Below are positions 28,631 through 38,240 of a stretch of 64,000 nucleotides of DNA, piece after piece. The notes beneath the pieces are model-generated. The model made no database searches. It was not told the origin of the DNA and saw only the letters and a list, made by a program, of their open reading frames with translations. This DNA is from an uncultured virus (IMG/VR IMGVR_UViG_3300027833_000020) (lineage: Duplodnaviria; Heunggongvirae; Uroviricota; Caudoviricetes): IMG/VR virus record IMGVR_UViG_3300027833_000020; one strand, 5' to 3'. The stretch's first letter is position 1. Every line of letters begins with the position of its first letter. The position numbers were made by a program, and so were the translations under genes.

Positions 28631-29191
28631 TTAGTTTCTATGCAGATAAAGATCTACAGGTATACATATACGCATCCGTGAGAAATAAGGGTTAACATGA
28701 TGATATGTAAAGCTTGGAAATATTAAATAGTCTCCAGTCTTTGGCATATGTTTGTGTTGACTAAACATAGGATCAAACCAATCATCATATCCGCGGTTTG
28801 CGTTTGATCTAGGATCTGAAAAAACAATATCTCCGCCAGAATTTTGATCTGCTGCCATTGCATAAAATACTGCAGATAAATGCGCACCTGAATGATTATG
28901 AATAGTCATATTATAATCTTCACCGTGGCCAGTAATCCAGCCTTTCATAGTATAACCATTCCAGTCTGAAATTTGTTTACCTACAGTGTGCATCAAATAT
29001 TTATCAAAAGCTTTATATGCAAGCTCTCTAAATTGTGCTAACTCTTTAGAATCGTTTTCAAAAATATTAAATCCGTTTAATTCACCTTGCAGGTTATTCA
29101 TATCCAGATTTGTAAGAATATAATTAACCAGATCTAAGCTATCAAAGTTTCCTTCGCCAACCACTGTTGGCCATAAGTCTTTAAATTCCAT
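28631..29191 (-). CDS. putative 2OG-Fe(II) oxygenase (TIGR02466-like)
   Basis: Start MEFKDLWPT at 29191; HNH....SAVFY, G.I.F.DPR and G..LIFPS...H.V.P...R. Confidence 0.8.
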   Translation of the reverse strand: MEFKDLWPTVVGEGNFDSLDLVNYILTNLDMNNLQGELNGFNIFENDSKELAQFRELAYKAFDKYLMHTVGKQISDWNGYTMKGWITGHGEDYNMTIHNHSGAHLSAVFYAMAADQNSGGDIVFSDPRSNANRGYDDWFDPMFSQHKHMPKTGDYLIFPSFTYHHVNPYFSRMRICIPVDLYLHRN

Positions 29192-29222
29192 AATATAACC
29201 TTCCATAATGTACTTGTATATG

Positions 29223-29272
29223 TATTTATAACGAAAATAAAGGTGTACATTTTCAACGTTGTGTGGTATTAT
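29223..29272. promoter_or_regulatory. divergent promoter pair: late TATAAATA (-) and sigma70-like (+)
   Basis: TATAAATA on minus at 29223-29230; TGTACA(29244-29249)-17 bp-TATTAT(29267-29272) with extended TG on plus. Confidence 0.55.
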
Positions 29273-29306
29273 ATATAATATAAAGGATGAAGTTAGGAAC
29301 ATTTAT

Positions 29307-29762
29307 ATGATATTTGAGAATTTTGAGAACTGGTTATTAACAACAGACTGCTTTGAAAATCATGATGTATCTCATATTGATGTAAATGGAAACCAACACT
29401 ACATCAAGCACTCAGAATATATGGCTTATCTCGGTGAGATGACTGTATTGATTGCAAATAAAGCCACTATAAAAGTAGAGCAAGTAGAACAGTGGTACGG
29501 TTATACAGATAGAACAGCGCATGCATTTTATAATGCTGCAAATGGTCCATCATTCGATACTCACACAGATCCTATAGATGTTTTAATAGAGTGTTTAGAT
29601 GGTAAGAAGACTCTAGAAATAGATGGCGAAACAGTTGTATTACAGCCGCAGGATAAAGTTCTTATTCCTGCAAATACTGCTCACAGGGCACTTAACTATG
29701 AAAAGGCATTGATGATCTCATATGGCATTAGCGACACAGAAACACTTACTCGTATACGTTAA
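29307..29762 (+). CDS. JmjC/cupin 2OG oxygenase-like protein
   Basis: Start ATG 29307 after AGGA; PSFDTHTDP.DV (HxD), GKK and IPANT.HRA. Confidence 0.75.
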   Translation: MIFENFENWLLTTDCFENHDVSHIDVNGNQHYIKHSEYMAYLGEMTVLIANKATIKVEQVEQWYGYTDRTAHAFYNAANGPSFDTHTDPIDVLIECLDGKKTLEIDGETVVLQPQDKVLIPANTAHRALNYEKALMISYGISDTETLTRIR

Positions 29763-30810
29763 AACCACTGAAACTTGTAATCTAAATTGCTCACATTGTT
29801 TTACTTCCGGATCTAAAGGACGTAAGATATATTTTGATGCGTTTAAGACAGCAAACTGGTGTAACGAATTAGATACGGCTGATAACCAGATTCATTTTGA
29901 ATATCACGGTGGCGAACCTATGCTTGCCCCTATGAAAGATATTATGGAATTCTATAATATTACAAAGAATCAGTGGGGTGATCGCTGCACACACGGTATT
30001 ACATCAAACCTTGTTTTTAAACTTAAACCAGAACATATAGAATTCTTTAAACTGTTAGATGGTGGATTTATAGGTACATCGTGGGATCCTAATATACGAT
30101 TTGCGAATGAAAAGCAAAGAACATTATGGGAAAACAATGTTAAAGCATTAACTTCACAGGGTTTTCAAATTAAATGTTTTATATCTGTATCTGTTGATGT
30201 AATAAAAATGCAGCCAAAGGAAATTGCTGACTACATGCATTCGTTAGGTATTGCTGAAATATCATATGAGAGATTAACTCATAACGGTAATGCTACAATT
30301 AACTTAGATATATTCCCGCACAATCGAGATTTAAATGATTGGTGGGTGTTAATGCATGAAACCACTCAAGGACATCCTGTTGCAAACGGATTTTTAAATA
30401 CTATTTACGATAAGTTTGATCACGGTGAAATGTTCAGTGGTACATTCTGTAGAGATTGTGAACAAAAGTTACATACAATTAACGCTGATGGTACTGTTGC
30501 TGGTTGTCCTAATGCTGCAACAACTGATTGGTATGGCACTATTGATATGCCAGCAAAAACAGTAAGATCATCACCAAAACGTGCAGAAATTATCTCGTGT
30601 GAATTGCATGATAGAGATCCACGTTGTTACAAATGTCCAGTGTTTCTGTATTGTAATTCCGATTGCCACCAGTTAGAATGGATAGATGATGTATGCCCAG
30701 CACCTAAACAATTAATGATGACGTTGGCAATGGAAAAGGGTTGGTTAGAATCTGATCAATATGAAATTGAAAGCACAAGCAATAATATACCTGTTAAAAT
30801 GGTGATGTAA
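29722..30810 (+). CDS. radical SAM / SPASM protein (1)
   Basis: CNLNCSHC, HGGEP; C-terminal C..C, GCP and CYKC.....C...C cysteines. Confidence 0.92.
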   Translation: MALATQKHLLVYVKTTETCNLNCSHCFTSGSKGRKIYFDAFKTANWCNELDTADNQIHFEYHGGEPMLAPMKDIMEFYNITKNQWGDRCTHGITSNLVFKLKPEHIEFFKLLDGGFIGTSWDPNIRFANEKQRTLWENNVKALTSQGFQIKCFISVSVDVIKMQPKEIADYMHSLGIAEISYERLTHNGNATINLDIFPHNRDLNDWWVLMHETTQGHPVANGFLNTIYDKFDHGEMFSGTFCRDCEQKLHTINADGTVAGCPNAATTDWYGTIDMPAKTVRSSPKRAEIISCELHDRDPRCYKCPVFLYCNSDCHQLEWIDDVCPAPKQLMMTLAMEKGWLESDQYEIESTSNNIPVKMVM

Positions 30811-31862
30811 TGGATTTGATAATTAAGCCAACCGAGGCGTGTAATTTTAAATGCACGTTCTGCTCAAGCACGTCTATTGATCCGGATAAAGCCGGTCTAT
30901 TAGATTTAAATTATATCTATGATTTCTTAAAAAGATTTCCAGATACAAATACGATCATTGTAAATGGTGGTGATCCTTTAATGTTATCTCCACAATATTA
31001 CTGGGATCTTATTGCACATATGGATGAACACAATTATCCCGCGAGTATTAGCTTTACAAGTAACCTTTGGCCATTCCTTGTTAAACCAGAGAAGTGGATA
31101 GATCTATTTAATCATGATAGACTTGGTGTTACAACATCATTTCAATATGGTGGTGGTAGATTAAAAGGTGACTTTACTAACTTCTCTGAAAAAGATTTTT
31201 GGCTTGTATCAGATAAGATGTTAGAACTATGTGGTTATAGACCTGATTTTATTTCTGTTATTCTAGAAGAAAACCTTGATACTGCAATTGATAATGTATT
31301 ACTTGCAAAGAAGATGGGTGTTAACTGTAAATTAAATTATGCAATGGCATCTGGTGTTCAAGGTACTACATTACAACTCAGTAAAATATATGAAGTATAT
31401 GTAAAGATCTGGGAAATGGGTTTGGCTGAGTGGGAATGGAACACTACTCAAATGATGAAAAGATTACAAGGTGGTGCTACAACATGTCCACAGAATAGAA
31501 ATTGTGATGATGGTATTCGTGCACTTAATCCAGGAGGCGACTACTATAGTTGTGGTGCTTTTGGTGATGATATGGATTATCCTATTGACTTTGAAAAAGA
31601 AATGGCGGGTGACTTCTTTAGACCTGTAAGTTCTGATCCAACTATACAAACAATGAAGATGGCTTGCTATACTTGTCCTATGTTTGAAATATGTAATGGT
31701 TGTAGAAAAACAGTACGTGATATGAAACGAGAAGGAACTGTAGAAGAACATTGTAAACGAATGAAAGGTCTTGCACCTCGTATTTTAGAATCTAATGGAA
31801 TGAGTGCAGATTCCGTAACACCATATGTTAATGAGGGAATAGATGTTCTCTGTATCGATTAA
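30810..31862 (+). CDS. radical SAM / SPASM protein (2)
   Basis: IKPT..CNFKCTFC, GGDP; CP....C, YSC and CYTC.....C..C. Confidence 0.92.
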   Translation: MDLIIKPTEACNFKCTFCSSTSIDPDKAGLLDLNYIYDFLKRFPDTNTIIVNGGDPLMLSPQYYWDLIAHMDEHNYPASISFTSNLWPFLVKPEKWIDLFNHDRLGVTTSFQYGGGRLKGDFTNFSEKDFWLVSDKMLELCGYRPDFISVILEENLDTAIDNVLLAKKMGVNCKLNYAMASGVQGTTLQLSKIYEVYVKIWEMGLAEWEWNTTQMMKRLQGGATTCPQNRNCDDGIRALNPGGDYYSCGAFGDDMDYPIDFEKEMAGDFFRPVSSDPTIQTMKMACYTCPMFEICNGCRKTVRDMKREGTVEEHCKRMKGLAPRILESNGMSADSVTPYVNEGIDVLCID

Positions 31863-32757
31863 TCCTACATACTTTTGTAATTTTAACTGCGACTTCTGTT
31901 ATTTAAGTAAAGAACAGTTACGTGATAGAACAACTACAAAGATTGATGTTATTATGGATAGGTTAGCTGAGATTGATATTCCTATATCTCACGTTGATTT
32001 GTATGGGGGTGAGATTGGTTTATTACAAGATGATTATTTAAATGAACTGATAGATAGAATACATTCCACATACGACACAACAATTTCTATTATTACAAAT
32101 CTATCTGCTGTTCGTGATGTATTCCTTAGAGACGACATCGAATTATCTGTGTCATATGATTTTGATGCACGAGAGAAACAACAAATAGTTTTAACTAATA
32201 TGATGATGCTTACAAGACCATTTTCGGTGTTGACATTAGCTTCGGAAAAGGTTATAAATACAAATGTCGACTTCATGATTTCTACGTTTAACGCATTAAG
32301 TAATTTAAAATGTGTTGAGATTAAACCTTTTAGTTCTACTACTCATAGGAATCAAAGAGTTACAGACTTAGAGTTTGAAAACTTTATTAAAGAATGGATT
32401 GATAATCCACAAGAAAAGAAATGGCAATTTTTAAATCAAGATAAGATAGAAGATTGTTTAGACGGAAAATACAATGCATTTTCTGATGATCATGTTTATA
32501 TAACACCAAGCGGTAACTTTGGCGTACTAGATTTTGATCTATTAGGTAACGAGCATTTTACAGAGCTTACTTCTTTTGATAAGTATAAGGAGTGGACTAA
32601 GAGAGAAAAAACGGCCGGTGTTTCGGATATTTGTAAGAACTGCAAATATTTCGGTGGCTGTTTAACAGAGCACTATAAATACGTGGAGAATTTAAATAAT
32701 GGTTGTAATGGATATAAGGGGTTATTAGACTGGTATGATGAAGGATTGGAAAGCTAG
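31843..32757 (+). CDS. radical SAM protein (3) with C-terminal Cys cluster
   Basis: CNFNCDFC, YGGE; CKNC.....C...C. Confidence 0.9.
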   Translation: MFSVSINPTYFCNFNCDFCYLSKEQLRDRTTTKIDVIMDRLAEIDIPISHVDLYGGEIGLLQDDYLNELIDRIHSTYDTTISIITNLSAVRDVFLRDDIELSVSYDFDAREKQQIVLTNMMMLTRPFSVLTLASEKVINTNVDFMISTFNALSNLKCVEIKPFSSTTHRNQRVTDLEFENFIKEWIDNPQEKKWQFLNQDKIEDCLDGKYNAFSDDHVYITPSGNFGVLDFDLLGNEHFTELTSFDKYKEWTKREKTAGVSDICKNCKYFGGCLTEHYKYVENLNNGCNGYKGLLDWYDEGLES

Positions 32758-33133
32758 ACAAGCCGCGTTTCACCACGCAAATAAAAAATATAAAGACGAT
32801 CTAAACGACGAAGAGATTGTTCATTCGGATGATATTGTTGATGATGTACTAATGCATTTTGCTCAGTATGTCGATGAATGGATTTATCCAGCAAAATCAT
32901 ATGTAGTAGGTATATGCTATGCTAAATGGTTAGAGCAAGACTTTGGCGAAGATTTTTATGAGGTATTAAACGATCCTGATCTATTGTTTGGGAACGATCC
33001 ATACTTTGTACCTTACTCTGAAGATGAAAACGTTTATGACGCTATTCTAAAAGAGTTAGACTTTAACGAAGACCTTGGTATGGTACCGGATATTTACGAG
33101 TATTATCGAGAGGAAATGTTCTTTGGTACCTAA
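32735..33133 (+). CDS. acidic hypothetical protein inside the radical SAM operon
   Basis: 132 aa, overlaps both neighbours; WIYPAKSY and NDPYF.PY. Confidence 0.75.
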   Translation: MMKDWKARQAAFHHANKKYKDDLNDEEIVHSDDIVDDVLMHFAQYVDEWIYPAKSYVVGICYAKWLEQDFGEDFYEVLNDPDLLFGNDPYFVPYSEDENVYDAILKELDFNEDLGMVPDIYEYYREEMFFGT

Positions 33134-34295
33134 GTTTCCAAACGGCTCGTTGATACCAACTAGGATGATATCTACTGATAGGCAGCAGAATAATGGGTTG
33201 GCAGAAGCTGCTAATCCTGCCGCTGATGCTATGACTAAGATATTACTTGAGACTAAGCGACCAGACATTGCTGAAATTGAGATGACGTTATTTGAAAATT
33301 GTCATCTCAATTGCTCTTTCTGTCACCACGATAAGAAGTCGCATGTTGGTTTATCTCGAGCAGAAATATTCTCTAAGATCCCACTGGTTGAAGAACACGT
33401 TATTAAGATGAAAAACCGTGCAGACGTTATTCAGATTAATATGCTAGGTGGAGAGTTATTTCAAGATAGAATATCAGAATGGGCTTACGATGTTTACTAT
33501 GATTTTATGGTAGAGATTAAAAAGATCTATGATGAGCATAAACAAAATATTAAAGTAGTTTGGGTAACATCGTTTCAATTTGTTAAACGTGATAGAGTAC
33601 AGAAACTTCTCGATGATTTAAATGCTATTGATATTCCATCATATATTATTTGCTCATATGATTTCGATGGTAGACCTACTAAAGGACCATATGCTAAGAA
33701 CATAGAATACTTTGCTGATTATATTACATCAATTAATATGGTTGCAACTGTTCCTTCTGTTGAAAGATTTATGGCAGACGATGATGAGTATTTTCATTAT
33801 CTATATGAAAAGTTTGATAACTTTTACTTTGATGATTATATTCCAGATAAAGGTTTTAGTCATTTAATACCAAGTGATAGTTTATATCTCGAGTTTTTAA
33901 AGTTTGTTTATCACAATTATCCAGACATCAATCCTATTAAGGATCTGATAAATAACGATAAGAACCATATGCATTGCTTAGCTCTGAATAAGGTTACTAT
34001 ATTTCCAGACAATAGCACATCTAATTGTCGTTGGGATAGATATACACCCGAAGATTTCAATACACCGTTACATCGAAAAGATAATGCTTCAATGATGCAA
34101 GCTTATATGGATGAGAACGGTTGTTTATCTTGTAAGTGGTGGGATAAGTGTGGCTTTAGATGTTACACGCAGTGGGACTGGAAAACACGTGAACGTGACT
34201 TACCAGATTGTATTATGAGATTGTGGTTCAATTATATGGACAAGACACCACAAAATTTGATAACAGGATTTAATTATGATGAAACGAAAAAATAG
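33123..34295 (+). CDS. radical SAM / SPASM-like protein (4)
   Basis: CHLNCSFC, LGGE; HC, NC and CLSC.....C...C; start uncertain (TTG 33123 after GAGG; track gives 33075). Confidence 0.88.
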   Translation: MVPKFPNGSLIPTRMISTDRQQNNGLAEAANPAADAMTKILLETKRPDIAEIEMTLFENCHLNCSFCHHDKKSHVGLSRAEIFSKIPLVEEHVIKMKNRADVIQINMLGGELFQDRISEWAYDVYYDFMVEIKKIYDEHKQNIKVVWVTSFQFVKRDRVQKLLDDLNAIDIPSYIICSYDFDGRPTKGPYAKNIEYFADYITSINMVATVPSVERFMADDDEYFHYLYEKFDNFYFDDYIPDKGFSHLIPSDSLYLEFLKFVYHNYPDINPIKDLINNDKNHMHCLALNKVTIFPDNSTSNCRWDRYTPEDFNTPLHRKDNASMMQAYMDENGCLSCKWWDKCGFRCYTQWDWKTRERDLPDCIMRLWFNYMDKTPQNLITGFNYDETKK

Positions 34296-34992
34296 ACTTG
34301 ATTTTTATACAACGCATGATACTCTTATTGAAATGCAACCTATAAAACAAGGAACTAAACCGCCGGGATGGTGGAAGTCTATTAAGAATTCTTATGACCA
34401 ATTTAGATCTAGAGTTGGTGTAACTGTACCAACACCTACGATTAAGACTTGTCCTGGTGTCGTAGATTACATGCGCAAGCCAATCACATTAAAGTTATGG
34501 TCAGATGTTATTTTTAAAGTAAAAGCAAATGGTGATGTTGAAGCTATTGAGCCGATCCATAATGCAGGAATAATAGATGGTGCTATGCATCATTCCGAGC
34601 AATATGGTGATACATTATATCCGGGCAGAACAGTATTTAAATTGCACGGTCCTTGGGCAGTCAAAGCAAACTTTCCAGGCGAATATATGATAACAGAATG
34701 TCATTATAACGAAGACTTACGTAAGCATGGTATATTAATATCACCTGGAATTTCAAATTTTAATCTTCAGCACACATTAAATGCATTCCTTGTGTTCCCT
34801 ATTAAAGATGAAGATTACACTGTCACGTTAAAATATGGGACACCTATTATGTCTTTATATCCAATGCATGATAGGAAGTTTGAAGTTAAGATGCATAAAA
34901 CAGATCGTAAAGGTTTTAGTGATATACAATCAGTATTTCCGTCAACCTTTATTGGCAGATATTACACCGGGAAACACGCACTCAAGGATTGA
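34276..34992 (+). CDS. hypothetical beta-barrel protein often found with phage oxygenase clusters
   Basis: P.WWK, TIKTCPG..DY, K...PW, PG and GTP...L.P motifs. Confidence 0.65.
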   Translation: MMKRKNRLDFYTTHDTLIEMQPIKQGTKPPGWWKSIKNSYDQFRSRVGVTVPTPTIKTCPGVVDYMRKPITLKLWSDVIFKVKANGDVEAIEPIHNAGIIDGAMHHSEQYGDTLYPGRTVFKLHGPWAVKANFPGEYMITECHYNEDLRKHGILISPGISNFNLQHTLNAFLVFPIKDEDYTVTLKYGTPIMSLYPMHDRKFEVKMHKTDRKGFSDIQSVFPSTFIGRYYTGKHALKD

Positions 34993-35970
34993 ATGATGTT
35001 CCATATAAGAGAGCACGCCTTTATCAATACACGTCATCATATTAGGACAACCTGAACAGTTATCTGTTTGTGCTGAATAAGTAAGTTGTTTCATGAATTG
35101 ATTTTCTTTTGTACCAGTCCAAGATTCAATGTCGTTCTCATCTTTGACTTCAAATTCTTCTGTACCAATTAAAGCTGTATCATATATAAACGGAGTCCAA
35201 AAGAATCTCTCATTACAATATGTATAGTTTAATTCTAATGAACCACCTTGTGCTTTATCAACAATAGTTTTAGGATATAAGTCATCACTAAAATCATATG
35301 ATTTCCATTTATTAATTAAATGTTTTTGTAAAGATGATTTTGGTGCACGAAAGAATGAAGGATTTAATTGTAATATAGTATCAAAGCGTTCATCAGCAAC
35401 CTTTGCCATATCTACAACCATATCATTATAAAGATCGTTGTTACCCATATTGTGAACCATATAATAATTTAGATCGTCTTTAAAGTAGTTTAATAAATCT
35501 AATTTATCTTCTATGGCTGTCCAGTTAACAGGTGGTACTAAAGCAATATTACAATCATACATAAAGCCAGGCGCTTTTGGAATACTATTTAATAAATCAA
35601 TTACCTCATAGCTTATATGATTTAATGTAGTTACGAATTGAATAGTAGTTACTTTACTTAAACATTCTCTGAATACTTCATCCTTTAATAGATCAAGGAT
35701 ATTGTTATTGCCGAATAAATCAGTTGGACCAATATTAATGGTTGACACACGGTAGCCATTAGTATTAAATAGATCTATAGCATTATGCAATCTTTCAAAG
35801 CTACCAATGTTAGTTCCTTTTTTATTTACAAAGCAACCGGGACAGCGGAATTCGCAGCCTGCAAGTACTTCACAATTAAATTGAACTTTAATTTCGTGCC
35901 CTTCATTAAACGATAAGTTAAAATCTTTATCGGCTTGGGCAGCAGCTTTGTTGTTAGTAACTATTCCCAC
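34942..35970 (-). CDS. divergent radical SAM protein (5), GPTD type
   Basis: EVLAGCEFRCPGCFV, IGPTDLF; CSGC.....C...C; likely GTG start at 35970 after GAGG. Confidence 0.85.
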   Translation of the reverse strand: MGIVTNNKAAAQADKDFNLSFNEGHEIKVQFNCEVLAGCEFRCPGCFVNKKGTNIGSFERLHNAIDLFNTNGYRVSTINIGPTDLFGNNNILDLLKDEVFRECLSKVTTIQFVTTLNHISYEVIDLLNSIPKAPGFMYDCNIALVPPVNWTAIEDKLDLLNYFKDDLNYYMVHNMGNNDLYNDMVVDMAKVADERFDTILQLNPSFFRAPKSSLQKHLINKWKSYDFSDDLYPKTIVDKAQGGSLELNYTYCNERFFWTPFIYDTALIGTEEFEVKDENDIESWTGTKENQFMKQLTYSAQTDNCSGCPNMMTCIDKGVLSYMEHHSILECVFPGVISANKG

Positions 35971-37093
35971 TATAAACCTCATCATCATATAAACTGATTA
36001 CATCTTTGTTTAAGATGCATTCTTTTCTTCCATCAAACACGGTATCCATTATCATAGGAACCATTCTGTTTGCACATATATTTAAATACTTACAAGAACC
36101 ACATTCTTTATCAGAACTATTTTCTATTTGGCTATTGACAACCTCGTTCTTTTTGTTTAAAATAGAATCAACAAGTGAACCATTAACTGGTACTTTAAAA
36201 TCATCTATGTGTATTTGTGCGTTCTCATATATGAATGGCGACATATACATATCACCTTGATATAAACTTACTACAGAATAATGGAAAGCCTTGTGAGAAA
36301 CATCTCCTTGTAGGAAATGAAATTTGTTTTTAAATCTATTTTGATCTACCGACAAACGAGTAAGCATATCATTCCATTCAAATAACTTATCACCATGCTT
36401 TGCACTATGATTAAATGAACGTACAACTGACGGTAATACTTCGATTACTGTTTGGTATTTGGTTCTTACAAAGTCAATCGCTGCAAATAGAATTTCTTCA
36501 ACACCTTGAACAATATTAGTAGCCATACTAATTTCAAAGTTTAAAGAACTATTTTTAAATGTTTCTATTCGTCTGTCGAGTGCTTCCATATAGATTATGT
36601 CAGTCATTAATCTATTTAAATCTAAAGCGATCTGAACATCCCAAGCTTCTACTGCTTTACCTAGTGGTGAGTTCTCAATAGCTTTAATCTTGCTATCAAT
36701 ATCTTCTTCTGATAATGAACCAAGGATAGAACAGTTATGCTGAACATTTCTATTATCTTCAGGCATCATTAAAATTGCATCTGCAAGTCTTGGGTTATTA
36801 ATAATTTCTTCTAGATTCTCAGCACCATAGAAATCAGTTGGTCCGATTACAATATCATCTAATACGATATCGGTTCTATCTTTTAATTCATATGCAAGTG
36901 AATGAAATAGATTAATTGATTTTGGATTCCAATTGCCTCTACGTTTAACAAAACATCCAGGACACATATAAGAACAACCTTCAAGTATTTCTAAATTAAC
37001 TTGTATCTTGTAAGTACCCATCGAAGAAATAGCACTAAACTCTTCGAGCTTTTTGCCATCAATTACAATGCTTTTCCATTCATCATTTAACAT
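35954..37093 (-). CDS. divergent radical SAM protein (6), GPTD type
   Basis: EILEGCSYMCPGCFV, IGPTDFY; CGSC.....C...C. Confidence 0.85.
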   Translation of the reverse strand: MLNDEWKSIVIDGKKLEEFSAISSMGTYKIQVNLEILEGCSYMCPGCFVKRRGNWNPKSINLFHSLAYELKDRTDIVLDDIVIGPTDFYGAENLEEIINNPRLADAILMMPEDNRNVQHNCSILGSLSEEDIDSKIKAIENSPLGKAVEAWDVQIALDLNRLMTDIIYMEALDRRIETFKNSSLNFEISMATNIVQGVEEILFAAIDFVRTKYQTVIEVLPSVVRSFNHSAKHGDKLFEWNDMLTRLSVDQNRFKNKFHFLQGDVSHKAFHYSVVSLYQGDMYMSPFIYENAQIHIDDFKVPVNGSLVDSILNKKNEVVNSQIENSSDKECGSCKYLNICANRMVPMIMDTVFDGRKECILNKDVISLYDDEVYSGNSY

Positions 37094-38240
37094 AAGAAAT
37101 ATCTTTTATCCTATCTAATCTTTCGTCGCCGTCTTCTGTTACAAGAAACTTTTTCCTATAACCTTTCTTATCAGCGTCTACAGAATACCCATCCCAGTCA
37201 TACATCTCTTGGGCAGGAGCGTTATAGTTATGTATATTATTTATCATGTTTTCTTTGGGTGCAATACATCTATCAACACCAAGATAATCTCTTAACAAAA
37301 TAATTTTACGATTATAGCACGAGAAAAACATAGGACAGCTTTCACATTCAGTATTCTTTGCTCTATCTATTTGCGATTCAGTAATAGTTACAGCATCTTC
37401 AAACGTTTGAACTTTAAACATATCATGATAGATAGCCATATTTTCATACATAAACGGGCTTAAATACCACTCGCCTCTTTTGTAATTTAAAACAGTGTAA
37501 TTCATTCCTGCATGAGAATGATCCACCATTATATTATTCAACGTTGAATCTCTAGTCAATACATTAAAGTAGTCATTAAACTTATCTAATGTTTCTAATA
37601 TAATATTTGCTCTGTGAGATCTTGAAACAGATGGAATAAAATCTAATATAGTATCGAATGTTTTTACAGCATGCTCGTGTAAGGCAGCATAATCTAATCC
37701 ATAATCTTTAATATTTACAACAAACGTATATGTTATTTCATGCTTTATATGTTCATCTAAATATCTTAACTTGTTTTGCATGTCTGCCATATAATCTATT
37801 GACATAAACTTATGAGGATTGGTTGCAATACCGATCTCAATTTCTGTATCTAGATTAATATTATCTTTTAAGAATTCACAAAACCTTGGAATATCACCAT
37901 CAATTAATGTAGATACGAATGCTAAGATAGGAGAGTTTTCGTTTACAATATCAACTAGGTGTGGCATTACTTCATAGAAGTTTTCTGATGCTAAAAAGTC
38001 AGTTGGACCAATGAGCATTTCATCTACGAGTATTCCTTTGTCTGTAATGTTTCTTATAAATTCCTTAGCTGAATCTAGTTGATGTACATCAGATGCATTC
38101 CCGCGGCGGTGAACAAAGCATCCAGGACACTTGTGGTGACATCCATCTAGTACATCCAACTGTATCTTAACGGCGCTGACGGGCTTCGTTTGGGTCTCTG
38201 TCGTCAGTTCGTAATAAAGATTGTTCTTAATTATTGGCAT
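37083..38240 (-). CDS. divergent radical SAM protein (7), GPTD type
   Basis: DVLDGCHHKCPGCFV, IGPTDFL; CESC.....C...C. Confidence 0.85.
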   Translation of the reverse strand: MPIIKNNLYYELTTETQTKPVSAVKIQLDVLDGCHHKCPGCFVHRRGNASDVHQLDSAKEFIRNITDKGILVDEMLIGPTDFLASENFYEVMPHLVDIVNENSPILAFVSTLIDGDIPRFCEFLKDNINLDTEIEIGIATNPHKFMSIDYMADMQNKLRYLDEHIKHEITYTFVVNIKDYGLDYAALHEHAVKTFDTILDFIPSVSRSHRANIILETLDKFNDYFNVLTRDSTLNNIMVDHSHAGMNYTVLNYKRGEWYLSPFMYENMAIYHDMFKVQTFEDAVTITESQIDRAKNTECESCPMFFSCYNRKIILLRDYLGVDRCIAPKENMINNIHNYNAPAQEMYDWDGYSVDADKKGYRKKFLVTEDGDERLDRIKDISYVK

